64,000 nt of DNA. Origin: an uncultured Planctomycetota bacterium (lineage in GTDB: Bacteria; Planctomycetota; PLA2; JAEUHO01). The position numbers were made by a program, and so were the translations under genes. Location: the NCBI GenBank assembly GCA_963752285.1, contig CAVVXN010000002.1:256001-320000 (forward strand), read 5' to 3'. The notes under the pieces were generated by a model, which worked only from the letters and a program-made list of their open reading frames with translations, had not been told where the DNA came from and made no database searches. Of the stretch, positions 1 to 9,994 are shown piece by piece; positions within the stretch are counted from its first letter, which is position 1, and each line of letters opens with the position of its first letter.

Positions 1-157
1 CGCTCCTCGTCGCGAGCGGGGTCTCGCTGCCCTCCACGAGGACGCGCGCGGGGATCGGGGGCGCCTGGCGGTAGACCTCGTGTCCGAAGAACCCGAGGAT
101 CCCGAAGCTGACGAGGAGGACGAGGGCGAGTACGAGCCAGAGCCTCCGGTGGGACAC
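1..157 (-). CDS. norB: Quinol-dependent nitric oxide reductase (qNor), N-terminal fragment, runs off the window edge
   Basis: Not in the ORF track. Manual translation from GTG at 157 gives MSHRRLWLVLALVLLVSFGILGFFGHEVYRQAPPIPARV, the typical qNor N-terminus (TM helix plus YRQAPPIP). SD AAGGAGG lies upstream. It is directly downstream of ric/norA. Confidence 0.85.
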   Translation of the reverse strand, partial: MSHRRLWLVLALVLLVSFGILGFFGHEVYRQAPPIPARVLVEGSETPLATRS

Positions 158-186
158 GAGAGACCTCCTTTCGCGGGGGGACCGGC

Positions 187-846
187 TCAGGCGCCGAGCG
201 CGCGGGGGAAGAGGACGTTGTTCTCGATCCCGGCGTGCTCGAGGAGCTCGCGCTCCACGCGCTCGAGGTCGAAGTAGAGCGCGCGCCAGCTCGTGCACGC
301 GTCGTCCGGAGCCGCGAGGCCGCCGGTGAGCTCGCGGGTGGCGGCGAGGTCCGCCGCCATCTCCTCGTGCTCGAGCTCCATCACCTGGATGGGCCCGGGG
401 AGCATGGCGGTCCGCTCCGACCGGATCAGCGGGAAGAGGATCTGCTCCTCCTTCAGCATGTGCATCTGGAGGAGCTCCCACATGCGGGTCAGGTGCGCCG
501 CGAGGCCCGTCGGGCAGCCCGGCTTGCCGGCGTGCCGCGACTCGACCTTCTCGGCGAGCCGGATGAGCTCGGGGAAGTCGCGCCGGTGCGCCACGTGGTA
601 GCGCTCGTAGATCTCGTCCAGCACGAGCGGCAGCGCCAGGTCGTTCCACGGGACGACGGCGTCGGCGGTGCGGCTCGACTCGATCTCGCAGAGGACCGCC
701 GCCGGGTCGAGGCCGCGCTCCTTCGAGGCCGCGGCGAGCGTCCGTCTCCCGCCGCAGCAGAAGTCGAGGCCGTGGCGCTGGAGGACGCGCGCGGCGCCGG
801 GGATCTCGGTGGCGAGCTGGTGGAGCGGGGTGTCGATCTGGGCCAT
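187..846 (-). CDS. ric: Di-iron NO-binding / iron-sulfur cluster repair protein (Ric/YtfE/NorA family)
   Basis: ScdA_N motif DFCCGG and hemerythrin-like motifs (H..H, HMLKEEQILFP, EH, H...ENNVLFP). ATG at 846 has a GAGGAGG SD. Confidence 0.93.
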   Translation of the reverse strand: MAQIDTPLHQLATEIPGAARVLQRHGLDFCCGGRRTLAAASKERGLDPAAVLCEIESSRTADAVVPWNDLALPLVLDEIYERYHVAHRRDFPELIRLAEKVESRHAGKPGCPTGLAAHLTRMWELLQMHMLKEEQILFPLIRSERTAMLPGPIQVMELEHEEMAADLAATRELTGGLAAPDDACTSWRALYFDLERVERELLEHAGIENNVLFPRALGA

Positions 847-876
847 GGGAGCCTCCTCGAGAGATGAGGAGCCCAG

Positions 877-893
877 AGCACGGCGCGATCCAA
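877..893 (-). promoter_or_regulatory. Sigma-54 (-24/-12) promoter for ric-norB
   Basis: The minus strand reads TTGGATCGCGCCGTGCT, i.e. GG-N10-GC, about 30 nt upstream of the ric start and next to a divergent sigma-54 activator. Confidence 0.75.
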
Positions 894-901
894 CGACGTA
901 A

Positions 902-972
902 GTCGTTTCTACAAAACGAATTGCGACACGGAGTAGATGAATATACAACGAGTGTCGCGTTGTTAGAATCAC
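902..972. promoter_or_regulatory. Candidate NorR boxes GT-N7-AC in the AT-rich divergent intergenic region
   Basis: GTCGTTTCTAC (902-912) and GTTAGAATCAC (962-972) fit the NorR consensus GT-N7-AC. The motif is short, so the call relies on context. Confidence 0.5.
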
Positions 973-980
973 ACGTCGAT

Positions 981-2573
981 ATGAAAACGACAACCCCTGA
1001 CGCCCTCGACCGGCTCCTCGAGATCGCGGTGGACCTGAACCTCTCCATCGCGGCCCGGGACCGCTACCGGCGCCTCGTGGACGCGGTCCGACGGGTCATC
1101 CCCTGCGACGCCGCGGTGCTCTTCCGCCGCGAGGGCGGCGTCCTCGTGCCGCTGGCCGCGCACGGCGTGCGGGCCGAGACCCTGGGGCTCCGCTTCCGGC
1201 GCTCGGAACACCCGCGGCTCGAGATCATCTGCCAGGGCGACGGCCCGACCCGCTTCCCTCCCGACTCGCCGCTCCCCGACCCCTTCGACGGCCTCCTGGA
1301 GAGCGACGCGCACGGGCTCGACCGGATCCACGCCTGCCTGGGCTGCCCGCTCCGGGTGGAGGGCGAGCTCGTGGGCGCGCTCACCGTGGACGCGCTCTCG
1401 CCTACGGCGTTCGACGGCGTCGACGACCGTGTCCTCTCGCTCCTCGCCGCCCTCGCGGGCGCCGCCATGCGCACCGCGAGACTGATCGAGGCCCTCGAGC
1501 ACGAAGCCACGCGGCAGGAGCGCGTGCTCCAGGACCTGAAGCGCGACGTCGAGCAGAGCCGCGGCGGAGAGCTCGTCGGCGAGAGCGAGGTCCTTCGTCG
1601 TCTCCGCGACGAGATCCGGCTCGTCGGGCGCTCCGACCTCACGGTGCTCGTGACGGGCGAGACCGGCGTCGGCAAGGAGCTCGTGGCCCGCGGCCTCCAC
1701 ACGGCGTCGTCCCGCGCGGAGCGGCCGCTGCTCTACCTCAACTGCGCCGCGCTCCCCGCCGCGGTCGCGGAGAGCGAGCTCTTCGGGCACGTGCGCGGGG
1801 CCTTCACCGGGGCCGAGCGCGACCGGCCCGGCAAGTTCGAGGTCGCGGACGGCGGTACGCTCTTCCTCGACGAGGTCGGCGAGCTGCCTCTCGAGCTCCA
1901 GCCGAAGCTCTTGCGCGTGCTCCAGCACGGCGAGATCCAGCGCGTCGGCGCCGACCGCGTCCTCCACGTGGACGTGCGCGTCGTCGCCGCCACGAATCGC
2001 GACCTCGAGGCCGAGGTCCGCGCGGGGCGGTTCCGTTCCGACCTCTTCCATCGTCTCGACGGGTACCGCATCCGCGTGCCCGCGCTCCGCGAACACGCCG
2101 AGGACGTGCCGGTGCTCTCCGGGTTCTTCGGGGACCGCGCGCGGCGGCGTCTGGGACTCGGCCCCGTGCTGACCTCGCCCGACGTCCGCTTCGCGCTCGC
2201 GTCGTACCCCTGGCCGGGCAACGTCCGCGAGCTCGAGAACGTGATCTCGCGCGCGATCCTCCGGGCCTCCGCACGTGTACCGCGCGGCGGGGCGATCCGG
2301 ATCGAGCGAGGGGACCTCGGACGCGACTTCGCGACGGACGCGGCCGGGGCGCCCCCGCCGGCCCCCGCGGCGAGCGGCCCACGACAGCCGGCCGGCCGGA
2401 CCCTGCGCCAGGCCGTCGAGGACCTGCAGCGGGACCTCGTGCTCGCCGCGGTCCGTGAGCACGACGGGAGCTGGGCCGCCGCGGCCCGCGCGCTCGGGAT
2501 GCACCGGAGCAACCTCCACCACCTCGCCACGCGCCTGGGCCTCAGGGCCTCGCGCCGCCGCGCCACCTCGTAG
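981..2573 (+). CDS. norR: NO-responsive sigma-54 transcriptional activator NorR (GAF-AAA+-HTH)
   Basis: GAF domain with NorR iron-ligand motifs (HPRL, PDPFDG, HACLG, LTVD), Walker [32 protein letters not shown] and a C-terminal HTH ([15 protein letters not shown]). Confidence 0.93.
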   Translation: MKTTTPDALDRLLEIAVDLNLSIAARDRYRRLVDAVRRVIPCDAAVLFRREGGVLVPLAAHGVRAETLGLRFRRSEHPRLEIICQGDGPTRFPPDSPLPDPFDGLLESDAHGLDRIHACLGCPLRVEGELVGALTVDALSPTAFDGVDDRVLSLLAALAGAAMRTARLIEALEHEATRQERVLQDLKRDVEQSRGGELVGESEVLRRLRDEIRLVGRSDLTVLVTGETGVGKELVARGLHTASSRAERPLLYLNCAALPAAVAESELFGHVRGAFTGAERDRPGKFEVADGGTLFLDEVGELPLELQPKLLRVLQHGEIQRVGADRVLHVDVRVVAATNRDLEAEVRAGRFRSDLFHRLDGYRIRVPALREHAEDVPVLSGFFGDRARRRLGLGPVLTSPDVRFALASYPWPGNVRELENVISRAILRASARVPRGGAIRIERGDLGRDFATDAAGAPPPAPAASGPRQPAGRTLRQAVEDLQRDLVLAAVREHDGSWAAAARALGMHRSNLHHLATRLGLRASRRRATS

Positions 2574-2628
2574 GGAGCGCGCGGCCCCGGTCCTTGGAGC
2601 GGCGTTGGCGCTCGGGCACCATGGCGCG

Positions 2629-3510
2629 GTGAGCTCCACCACGTCGAAGGACCTTCGTCGGGACTACGAGGTGCCGACCGCCATCGGCCTCTGCGCGGAC
2701 GCGCGCGAGGTCCTCGCGTTCCTTCCCGGCTACGAGGTGGCCGTGCGCGAGGTCGCGGCGCATCCCGGCGCCCTCCCGAAGAGCGAGCTCGGGGGGCGTC
2801 GCCGCCTCGCCCGGCTCGAGATGCCCGGGGGAAGCCTCCTCGTTCGCGAGTACGGGAAGGGGGGGCTGCTTCGTCGCGTGCGAGGGCCGGCGATGCACGG
2901 CCGGCTTCGACCCCTCGACGAGCTGGTGCTGCACCGCCGGCTCGCGGCGCTGGGGGTGGCCGTCGCCGACGCCGTGGCCTCCGTCGTCCTTCGCGGCGCG
3001 TTCGGATGGCGCGGCTACCTCCTCCTCGAGGAGGTGCAGGGCGCGTCGGACCTCGAGGCGTGGCTCTACGGCGCCTCGGCGCCGGCGCGCCTCCCGCGGA
3101 CCCAGGTCCTCCTGACCGCCGGGCAGAGCGTGCGCCGTCTCCACGACGCGGGCGTCGCGCACCCCGACCTCCATCCAAAGAACCTGCTCCTCACGCCGGC
3201 CGGCGAGGTCCTCGTGCTCGACCTCGACAAGGCGAGACCCGCGGCGGGCCGTCTCTCCGACGCGGCGCGACTGCAAAACCTCGTCCGCCTCGGTCGGGCG
3301 ATCGAGAAGCACCGCCTGAAGGGCCTGCGCGCCTCCCCGCGCGACGCGCTCCGCTTCCTCGAGGGCTACGCCGGCAGCCGGGCGGCCGCGCGGGCCTGGT
3401 ACACGGGCATCCGGTCGCGACTGCGGCGCGGTCTGAGGCTGCGGGTGCTCTGGTGGCGGCTCCTCGGCGAGGCGCGCCCGTGGCAGGGCGCCGCCGCGGG
3501 GTCGGCGTGA
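2629..3510 (+). CDS. LPS sugar kinase, Kdo/WaaP family (KdkA-like)
   Basis: [25 protein letters not shown] and VLDLDKA motifs. The GTG start at 2629 is inferred. Confidence 0.8.
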   Translation: MSSTTSKDLRRDYEVPTAIGLCADAREVLAFLPGYEVAVREVAAHPGALPKSELGGRRRLARLEMPGGSLLVREYGKGGLLRRVRGPAMHGRLRPLDELVLHRRLAALGVAVADAVASVVLRGAFGWRGYLLLEEVQGASDLEAWLYGASAPARLPRTQVLLTAGQSVRRLHDAGVAHPDLHPKNLLLTPAGEVLVLDLDKARPAAGRLSDAARLQNLVRLGRAIEKHRLKGLRASPRDALRFLEGYAGSRAAARAWYTGIRSRLRRGLRLRVLWWRLLGEARPWQGAAAGSA

Positions 3511-4283
3511 AGCTCACGGCGGCGATCATCGCGAAGGACGAGGCGGACCGGATCGGCCCGTGTCTCGAGAGCCTCGCGTTCGCCGACGAGATCGTCGTCC
3601 TCGACTCGGGGAGCGCGGACGACACCGTGGCGGTGTGCCGCGCCCACGGCGCGCGCGTGATCGAGACCGACTGGCCGGGCTGGGTGAAGCAGAAGCGCCG
3701 CGCGGTCGAGGCGGCGTCGAACGACTGGGTCCTGTCCCTCGACGCGGACGAGCGCGTGGACGACGAGCTCTGCGCCGTGATCCTCGACCTCGCGCGCGCC
3801 CGTCCGGGCGAGGCGGCGGACGGCCCCGCGGCCTACGAGATGACGCGTCAGACGCGCTACCTGGGCCGGTGGATCCGACACGGCGGGTGGTTTCCCGAGT
3901 GGCGCGTGCGGCTGTTCGACCGCCGTCGCGCCCGGTGGGGCGGCGTAGACCCCCACGACCGCGTGGAGGTCAGCGGTCCCGTCGAGCGGATCCGGCACGG
4001 GAAGATCCTGCACCACTCGTTTCGCTCGCTCGCCGACCACGTTCGCCAGGTGAACCGCTTCACGAGCGTCTCCGCCGACGAGATGCTCGCGCGCGGGCGG
4101 CGGCCCGGCGTGCTCTCGATGCTCGTGCGCCCGCCGTACCACGCGTTCCGGATGTACGTGTTGCGCCTCGGCTTCCTCGACGGTTGGCCCGGGTTCGTCG
4201 CCGCAGGCATGAACGGGTGGTACGTCTTCCTCAAGTACGCGAAGGCGTGGGAGCGCGGACGAGCGGGAGCGCGGGCCTCGTGA
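3507..4283 (+). CDS. Glycosyltransferase family 2 (WaaE/KdtX/LgtF-like)
   Basis: IIAKDEA, VLDSGSADDT, WVLSLDADE, GFLDGWPG and FLKYAK motifs. GTGA overlap with the upstream stop. Confidence 0.88.
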   Translation: MKLTAAIIAKDEADRIGPCLESLAFADEIVVLDSGSADDTVAVCRAHGARVIETDWPGWVKQKRRAVEAASNDWVLSLDADERVDDELCAVILDLARARPGEAADGPAAYEMTRQTRYLGRWIRHGGWFPEWRVRLFDRRRARWGGVDPHDRVEVSGPVERIRHGKILHHSFRSLADHVRQVNRFTSVSADEMLARGRRPGVLSMLVRPPYHAFRMYVLRLGFLDGWPGFVAAGMNGWYVFLKYAKAWERGRAGARAS

Positions 4284-5863
4284 GCGAGACCTCGGCTCCG
4301 CAGCCCTTCGCCGTCGGCCCGTGGCGGGGGCTCGCCGTCCCCGAGGTCGAGTCCGTCGTCCGGGACCTCGTGGCGCGGGGGCCCGAGGCGGTCGCGCGCG
4401 CGGGCACGGTCCTGCGCGAGAGCCGCTACCGCGTCACCGCGCGCGTCGAGACGGCCGTCGGCCCGTTGCTCCTGAAGGCCCACCGCGTCCGCCGCCGCGG
4501 CGAGTCGTGGGGAAGCCTCGTCCGCCGGTCGCGGGCGCGCGCGGAGTGGGACGCCGCGTGGACGCTCGCCGCCCGCGGCGTTCGCGCGCCGGCCGCGCTC
4601 GCGTTCGGGGAGCGCCGGCGCGGGGGACGGCTCCGGGAGGCGTTCCTCCTCACGTCGTATCTCGCCGAGCACGCGCCGTTCCGGCGCGCGTTCGCCGAGG
4701 CGCGGATCGCGCGCCGCGGCGACCTGGCGCGCGCCGTCGGGCGGTTCGTCCGCCGGATGCACGACGCGGGCTTCGACCACCGGGACCTCCACGCGGAGAA
4801 CCTGCTCGTCGGACCGTTCGGCGCGGGCGACCTGGTCGTCGTGGACCTGCACCGCCACCGCGTCGGCGGGCCGGTCCCGCCGCGGGCGCGCGTCCGCGCC
4901 TTGGGCCGCCTCCTCCACGACCTCGGGCCGCTGCTCGGGCCCGGCGGGCGCTTCCGCATGCTGGTCTCGTACGCGGGCGCGGACGGCCGCGCCGCCGCGC
5001 GCCGCCTCGCGCGGGGCGCCGCGCGCGAGGGGGCGCGGATCGAGCGGGTCCGCGTGAAGAGCCGCGCGAAACGGTGCTTCCTCGAGAGCACCGTGTACAC
5101 GCGGGACGTCGGACGTCGTACGGGCGCGCGGCGACGCGACCTCCCCCTCGACCGCCTCGAACGGGCGCTGCGGGAGCACGAGGAGGCGATCGCGCGCCGG
5201 GACGACCGCGTGGTGAAGGTCGGACGCAAGTCGCGCCTCACGCGGCACGGCGACGTCGTCGTGAAGGAGACGTTCCCCGCCGGGCTCGTCGGGCGCGCGA
5301 AGGACCTCCTCGCGCCGCGGCGCCGCCGAGCCGGCTACCAAAACGCCCATCTCCTCACGGTTCTCGGCGTGGACACCGCGCGGCCGCTCGCGTGGGTCCA
5401 CGAACGAGGCCGCGACTACGTGCTCTACGACGACCTCACCTCGCGTCCCCGCCTCGACGTCCTCGCGCGCGAGCGCTACCTCGGCCGCGACCGCGCGGTC
5501 CAGGTCCGACTCCGCGACGCCTCGGCCGCGTGGATCGCGTCCCTCCACGCGCGCGGCGTGTACCACGGCGACCTGAAGGGCGTGAACGTGCGCGTCGCTG
5601 AGGACGGCGCGTCTCTCCGCTTCTTCCTGGTGGACACCGACCGCGTGCGCCGCTTCGCGCATCCCGTGGACCGCCGCCGCCGCGTGAAGAACCTCGCGCA
5701 GCTCGCGGCGTCGATCGCCGTGGTTGTGACCCGCACGGAGCGACTGCGCTGGTATCGCCGCTACGCCGCGCGCGTGCCTCCGGCGGAAGAGCGCGAGACG
5801 GCCCGCGAGGTCGCCCGCGCGCTCGCGCCGAAGATCCTGGTCGTAGACGAGCCCCTGGAGTGA
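4280..5863 (+). CDS. Tandem two-domain LPS kinase (Kdo/WaaP/InaA family)
   Basis: Two catalytic loops: MHDAGFDHRDLHAENLL..VVDLH and LHARGVYHGDLKGVNV..LVDTD. GTGA overlap with the upstream stop. Confidence 0.8.
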   Translation: MSETSAPQPFAVGPWRGLAVPEVESVVRDLVARGPEAVARAGTVLRESRYRVTARVETAVGPLLLKAHRVRRRGESWGSLVRRSRARAEWDAAWTLAARGVRAPAALAFGERRRGGRLREAFLLTSYLAEHAPFRRAFAEARIARRGDLARAVGRFVRRMHDAGFDHRDLHAENLLVGPFGAGDLVVVDLHRHRVGGPVPPRARVRALGRLLHDLGPLLGPGGRFRMLVSYAGADGRAAARRLARGAAREGARIERVRVKSRAKRCFLESTVYTRDVGRRTGARRRDLPLDRLERALREHEEAIARRDDRVVKVGRKSRLTRHGDVVVKETFPAGLVGRAKDLLAPRRRRAGYQNAHLLTVLGVDTARPLAWVHERGRDYVLYDDLTSRPRLDVLARERYLGRDRAVQVRLRDASAAWIASLHARGVYHGDLKGVNVRVAEDGASLRFFLVDTDRVRRFAHPVDRRRRVKNLAQLAASIAVVVTRTERLRWYRRYAARVPPAEERETAREVARALAPKILVVDEPLE

Positions 5864-5866
5864 CGC

Positions 5867-7030
5867 GTGCGCTTCCTGTGGACGATCAGCAACTGGAAGC
5901 ACACGGGGCCCGTCGAGCCGAGCCTGGACCTCGCTCGGGCGGTGGCCGACGCCGGGAACGACGTCCGCGTCGAGGTGGGACGCCCGCCGTCGTGGGAGGG
6001 CCCCGAGGCGGGTGTGCTCCGCGACGCGCGATCGCTCCCGGCGGCCGGGGTGGGCGCGCGCCTGGCCAAGCACGCGTTCTTCTGGCGGGACCGACCCGAC
6101 CGGCGGCGGCTCGCGCGGTGGCTGCGGGCGTTTTCCCCGGACCATCTCGTCGCGACGCTCGCGAACGACCATCGCCTCCTCCTCGCCGCGCGCCGCGGCG
6201 CGGGCCGCGCCCCGGTGACGCGGCTCTGGTTCGCGGACGGCGAGTCCGACCCTCCGCCGCGCGAGCGCGTGTCCCTCCTCGCGTCGGAGCGCGTCGTCGT
6301 GTTCGGGGACGCGCCGGCGGCGCGCCTGCGGATGCTGGGGGTGGACGCCGCGCGGGTCGTCCGCCTCGACCCGCCGCTCGACGTGGACCGGGTCCGCGCG
6401 CGGGTCGCCGACGTCCCGGCGGCGCGGCGCGCGCTCGGCGTGCCCGACGACGCGTTCCTCGTCGGGATCGTCGCGCGGATCCAGCCCCACCGCCGCTGGG
6501 AGGTGCTCTGGGCGGCGGTGTCGGCGCTCGACCGCGAGGGCCTGCCCTTCGTGGTCGTCGTGCTCGGCCGCGGCACGCGCGCGGAAGAGGTCGGGCGCGC
6601 GCCCGTGCGCGAGGCGGGCCTCGACCATCGCGTCCGATTCGCCGGGTACCTGCAGGGCGAAGCGTACGCGTCGGCCCTCGCCGCGTTCGACGCGCAGGTC
6701 CTGCTCGTGCCGGGGAGCGATCCCACCTGCCGCGCCCTCCGCGAGGGGATGGCGCTGGGCGTGCCGTCGATCGCGACGCGCCGCGGCCTCCTGCCGTCGA
6801 TCGTGGAGCACGAGACGACCGGGCTCCTCGTACAGGACGCGCCCGCGGACCTCGCGCAGGCGATCCGACGCCTCGCGGGCGATCGCGACCTCGCCCGTCG
6901 CCTCGGCGAGAGCGCGCACGCCTCCGCGAAGGAACGCTTCGACGCCCGCCGCGTCGCCGCCCGTCTCCTCGCCGCCCTGCCGCCCCCCGTCGGGCCGCGT
7001 CCGCTCGGGCCGCTGCCGGGAGACCGGTGA
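5867..7030 (+). CDS. Glycosyltransferase family 4
   Basis: GT-B C-terminal motifs: VARIQPHRR, RVRFAGY, ALREGMALGVPSIAT, IVEHETTGLLV. Confidence 0.8.
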   Translation: MRFLWTISNWKHTGPVEPSLDLARAVADAGNDVRVEVGRPPSWEGPEAGVLRDARSLPAAGVGARLAKHAFFWRDRPDRRRLARWLRAFSPDHLVATLANDHRLLLAARRGAGRAPVTRLWFADGESDPPPRERVSLLASERVVVFGDAPAARLRMLGVDAARVVRLDPPLDVDRVRARVADVPAARRALGVPDDAFLVGIVARIQPHRRWEVLWAAVSALDREGLPFVVVVLGRGTRAEEVGRAPVREAGLDHRVRFAGYLQGEAYASALAAFDAQVLLVPGSDPTCRALREGMALGVPSIATRRGLLPSIVEHETTGLLVQDAPADLAQAIRRLAGDRDLARRLGESAHASAKERFDARRVAARLLAALPPPVGPRPLGPLPGDR

Positions 7031-7101
7031 CCCCCCGGTCCGCGTGCTCGGCACGATTCTCGGGATCGAACCGACCGGCCGCACGGACCCCGTGTGGCGG
7101 C

Positions 7102-8406
7102 TCAGGGTGCGGTCCCGTCGCGGAGGACGGTGGCGGCGTCGAGGCCCTTCGCCACCGCGGGCAGGATCCCCTGTTCGACGTAGATCGGGCGGACGATCCG
7201 CTGCAGTCGGGGGAGGTAGCGCGAGAACACGAACGCGCCCGCCAGCGTGATGCAGCCGCCGGCGAGGACGGTGGTCGGAGCGCCGATCCACGACGCGACC
7301 GCGCCGGCCAGGAGGCTCCCGAAGGGGAGCATGCCCATGATCGACATGGCGTAGAACGCCATCACGCGGCCGCGCATGTCCTCGCGGACGAGCGTCTGGA
7401 GGATCGTGTTGCTGGCGGCCAGGTGCAGGAGGAATCCGAAGCCGATCGCGACCATCACGACGACCGAGAGCGCGAGCGATCGCGACAGGCCCAGCGCCAC
7501 GAGCCCGAGGCCGAACGTCGCCGCGGCGCGCGGTACCCACCGGCCCAGTCCCACGACCGTCGTGCGCGAGGCGAGGAGGATCGCGCCCGAGAGCGCGCCG
7601 ACGCCCGTCGCGCCCATGAGGAACCCGAGCGTGTGCGCGTCGCCGCCGAGCGTCTTCGCCGCGAGGACGGGGAGGAGCGCGGTGTAGGGCATCCCGGTGA
7701 GGCTCGTGACCGCGAGGAGGATGAGCACGGCCCGGATGGGGGGGAAGCCGAACGCGTAGTGAAAACCGTCGAAGAGGTCGCGGAGCACCTTCTGCTTCGT
7801 CGCGGGGCGCGGTCGGTGCGCGACGCGCATCGCGAGGAGCGAGCCCACGATCGCGAAGTAGGTCGCGCCGTCGAGGAGGAAGCACCACCCCTCACCGACC
7901 CACGCGATCAGGACGCCGGCGATGGACGGACCTACGAGCCGGGCGGCGTTGACCATCGTCGAGTTGAGGGCGATGGCGTTCGAGAGGTCCGCGCGGTCCT
8001 CGATCATCTCCACGAGGAAGGACTGGCGCGCCGGGATGTCGAACGCGTTGATCGCCCCCTGGAGCAGCTGGAGCGCCACGATGTGCCACACCTGGATCCA
8101 GCCGGGGATGGCGAGCGCCGCCAGCGCGAACGACTGCACGCAGGCCAGGACCTGCGTGACCAGGAGGACGCGGTAGCGGTCGAGCCGGTCCACCCAGACG
8201 CCCGCGAACGAGCCGAGCAGGAACGTGCCGATCTGGCCGGAGAACGCGACGAGGCCCAGCAGGGCCGGCGAACGCGTGAGGCGCCACGTGAGCCAGCCGA
8301 CGGCCACGCGCGTGATCCACGTCCCCACGAGCGAGAGGCTCTGACCGCCGAAATAGAGGCGGTAGTTGCGGTGGCCGAGCGCGCGGAGGACCTGGAGGCG
8401 CTTCAC
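7102..8406 (-). CDS. MFS transporter (MFS_3 / H+ antiporter-like)
   Basis: About 12 hydrophobic segments, with RNYRLYFGGQ, GVWVDRLDR, FDIPARQSF and MRGRVM. Confidence 0.9.
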   Translation of the reverse strand: MKRLQVLRALGHRNYRLYFGGQSLSLVGTWITRVAVGWLTWRLTRSPALLGLVAFSGQIGTFLLGSFAGVWVDRLDRYRVLLVTQVLACVQSFALAALAIPGWIQVWHIVALQLLQGAINAFDIPARQSFLVEMIEDRADLSNAIALNSTMVNAARLVGPSIAGVLIAWVGEGWCFLLDGATYFAIVGSLLAMRVAHRPRPATKQKVLRDLFDGFHYAFGFPPIRAVLILLAVTSLTGMPYTALLPVLAAKTLGGDAHTLGFLMGATGVGALSGAILLASRTTVVGLGRWVPRAAATFGLGLVALGLSRSLALSVVVMVAIGFGFLLHLAASNTILQTLVREDMRGRVMAFYAMSIMGMLPFGSLLAGAVASWIGAPTTVLAGGCITLAGAFVFSRYLPRLQRIVRPIYVEQGILPAVAKGLDAATVLRDGTAP

Positions 8407-8434
8407 GTCGGGGATTCTCGCGCCGCCGGGCTCG

Positions 8435-9994
8435 TCACGACCCGGCGAGGCGCAGGCCTTTCGGCACGAGCAGCCTCCGCAGGCCGCGGAAGGCGAGGTG
8501 GGCGAGGAAGGCCATGGCCATTCCGGGGAGGACGCCCTCCCAGATCCGCGCCATGTCGTAGCGCCGCATCCCCGCCAGGATCGGCTGACCGTAGCCGCCG
8601 GCGCCGATGAACGCGCCGAGCATCGCGAACCCGACGCAGAGGACGGTGGCGGTCTGGATCCCCGCGAGGATCGAGGGCGACGCGAGCGGCAGGTCCACGC
8701 GAAGGAGCCGGGTTCGGGCCGAGAGGCCGAGGGCCTCCGCCGACTCGCGGAGCGGCCCCGGGATGGCGGCCAGGCCCGCGTGCGTGCTCACCACGATCGG
8801 CAGGAGGGAGTAGAGGAAGAGCGCCGCGACCGCGGCCCCGTTCCCGAGGCCGAGCAGGGGGAGGACGAGGAACAGGAGCGCCAGCGCCGGGATCACCTGG
8901 ATCACGCCGACCCCGCCCAGGATCGCGTGGCCCGCACGGGGCCGGGCGGCCGCGAGGACGCCGAGCGGGACCCCGACGACGACGGCCGCGAGCACGGAGA
9001 TCAGCACGAGGAAGAGGTGCTCCCGCGTGCGGAGCCACACCCTCGTCGCGAGGCCCGATCGCGCCGAACCGGTGTCCACCCCGAGCTCGCGCGCGAGGAA
9101 GCCGGACGCCACCTCGGACTCGTCGGCGCCGCTTCGCCCCTCGCCGGGCTTCGCCTCGACGTTCATGCCGATCATCGTCGCGGCGTCGATGCGGCCGGCC
9201 AGGCTCTCGATCGCGCGGACGAGCGCGGGGGCGCGCCGCGGCAGGTCCGCGCGGTACAGGAACACCGCCTCGTAGCGCGGGAACACGCCGAGGTCGTCCT
9301 CCAGCACGACGAGGTCGTGCCACCGGATCTCGGCGTCCGTGGCGTAGAGGTCCGTCGCGTCGATCGTGCCGGCGTCGAGCGCACGGTACGCGAGCGCGTG
9401 CTCGAAGCCCGTGGCCGACGTCGGGAGCCCGTACCGCGCGCGGAGCGCGGGCCAGCCGTCGTTCCGGTCGAGGAACTCGTTCGAGAACCCGAGCCGGAGA
9501 TCGGGGTGGCCGCGAAGGTCGGAGATCCGCGTGGCGTGGAGCGCCTCGGCGCGGGCGCGCTTCATCCCGATCGCGTAGCCGTCCTCGAAGCCGAGGGGCG
9601 CGGACATTCGGAGGCCGCGGCGCGCGAGCGCGGCGCGAAGGGCGGGCCGCCCGTCCAGGTGCTCGGCCGCCAGGAGCTCGCCGGTGAGCGTGCCCGTGTA
9701 CTCGGGATACGCGTCGATGGCTCCCGTCTCGAGCGCCCGGAAGCAGAGCGCGCTCCCCCCGAGGCCTTCCCGGTGCTCTACCCGCGCGCCGTCGGACCGC
9801 GCGAGCTGGGCGGCGATCTCGCCGAGGATCACCGACTCGGTGAAGGCCTTCGACCCCACGACCGCGTCGGACGCGCGACCCGCGCAGGCGGGAACGAGGA
9901 GCAGCGACCCCGCGAGCAGCATCCCCGCGAGCCGCGGGTTCGAGCGCGGTGCGAACCCGAGCCCCGCCGCGAGCGCGCGCGCGGCGCGCCTCAC
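8435..9994 (-). CDS. Osmoprotectant (glycine betaine/choline) ABC transporter, fused substrate-binding and permease domains
   Basis: VGSKAFTES, YPEYTGT, EFLDRNDGW and FPRYEAV, followed by a permease with an EAA loop (ESAEALGLS) and GAFIGAGGYG. Start is GTG 9994 (overlapping the ATPase stop) or ATG 9922. Confidence 0.88.
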   Translation of the reverse strand: MRRAARALAAGLGFAPRSNPRLAGMLLAGSLLLVPACAGRASDAVVGSKAFTESVILGEIAAQLARSDGARVEHREGLGGSALCFRALETGAIDAYPEYTGTLTGELLAAEHLDGRPALRAALARRGLRMSAPLGFEDGYAIGMKRARAEALHATRISDLRGHPDLRLGFSNEFLDRNDGWPALRARYGLPTSATGFEHALAYRALDAGTIDATDLYATDAEIRWHDLVVLEDDLGVFPRYEAVFLYRADLPRRAPALVRAIESLAGRIDAATMIGMNVEAKPGEGRSGADESEVASGFLARELGVDTGSARSGLATRVWLRTREHLFLVLISVLAAVVVGVPLGVLAAARPRAGHAILGGVGVIQVIPALALLFLVLPLLGLGNGAAVAALFLYSLLPIVVSTHAGLAAIPGPLRESAEALGLSARTRLLRVDLPLASPSILAGIQTATVLCVGFAMLGAFIGAGGYGQPILAGMRRYDMARIWEGVLPGMAMAFLAHLAFRGLRRLLVPKGLRLAGS

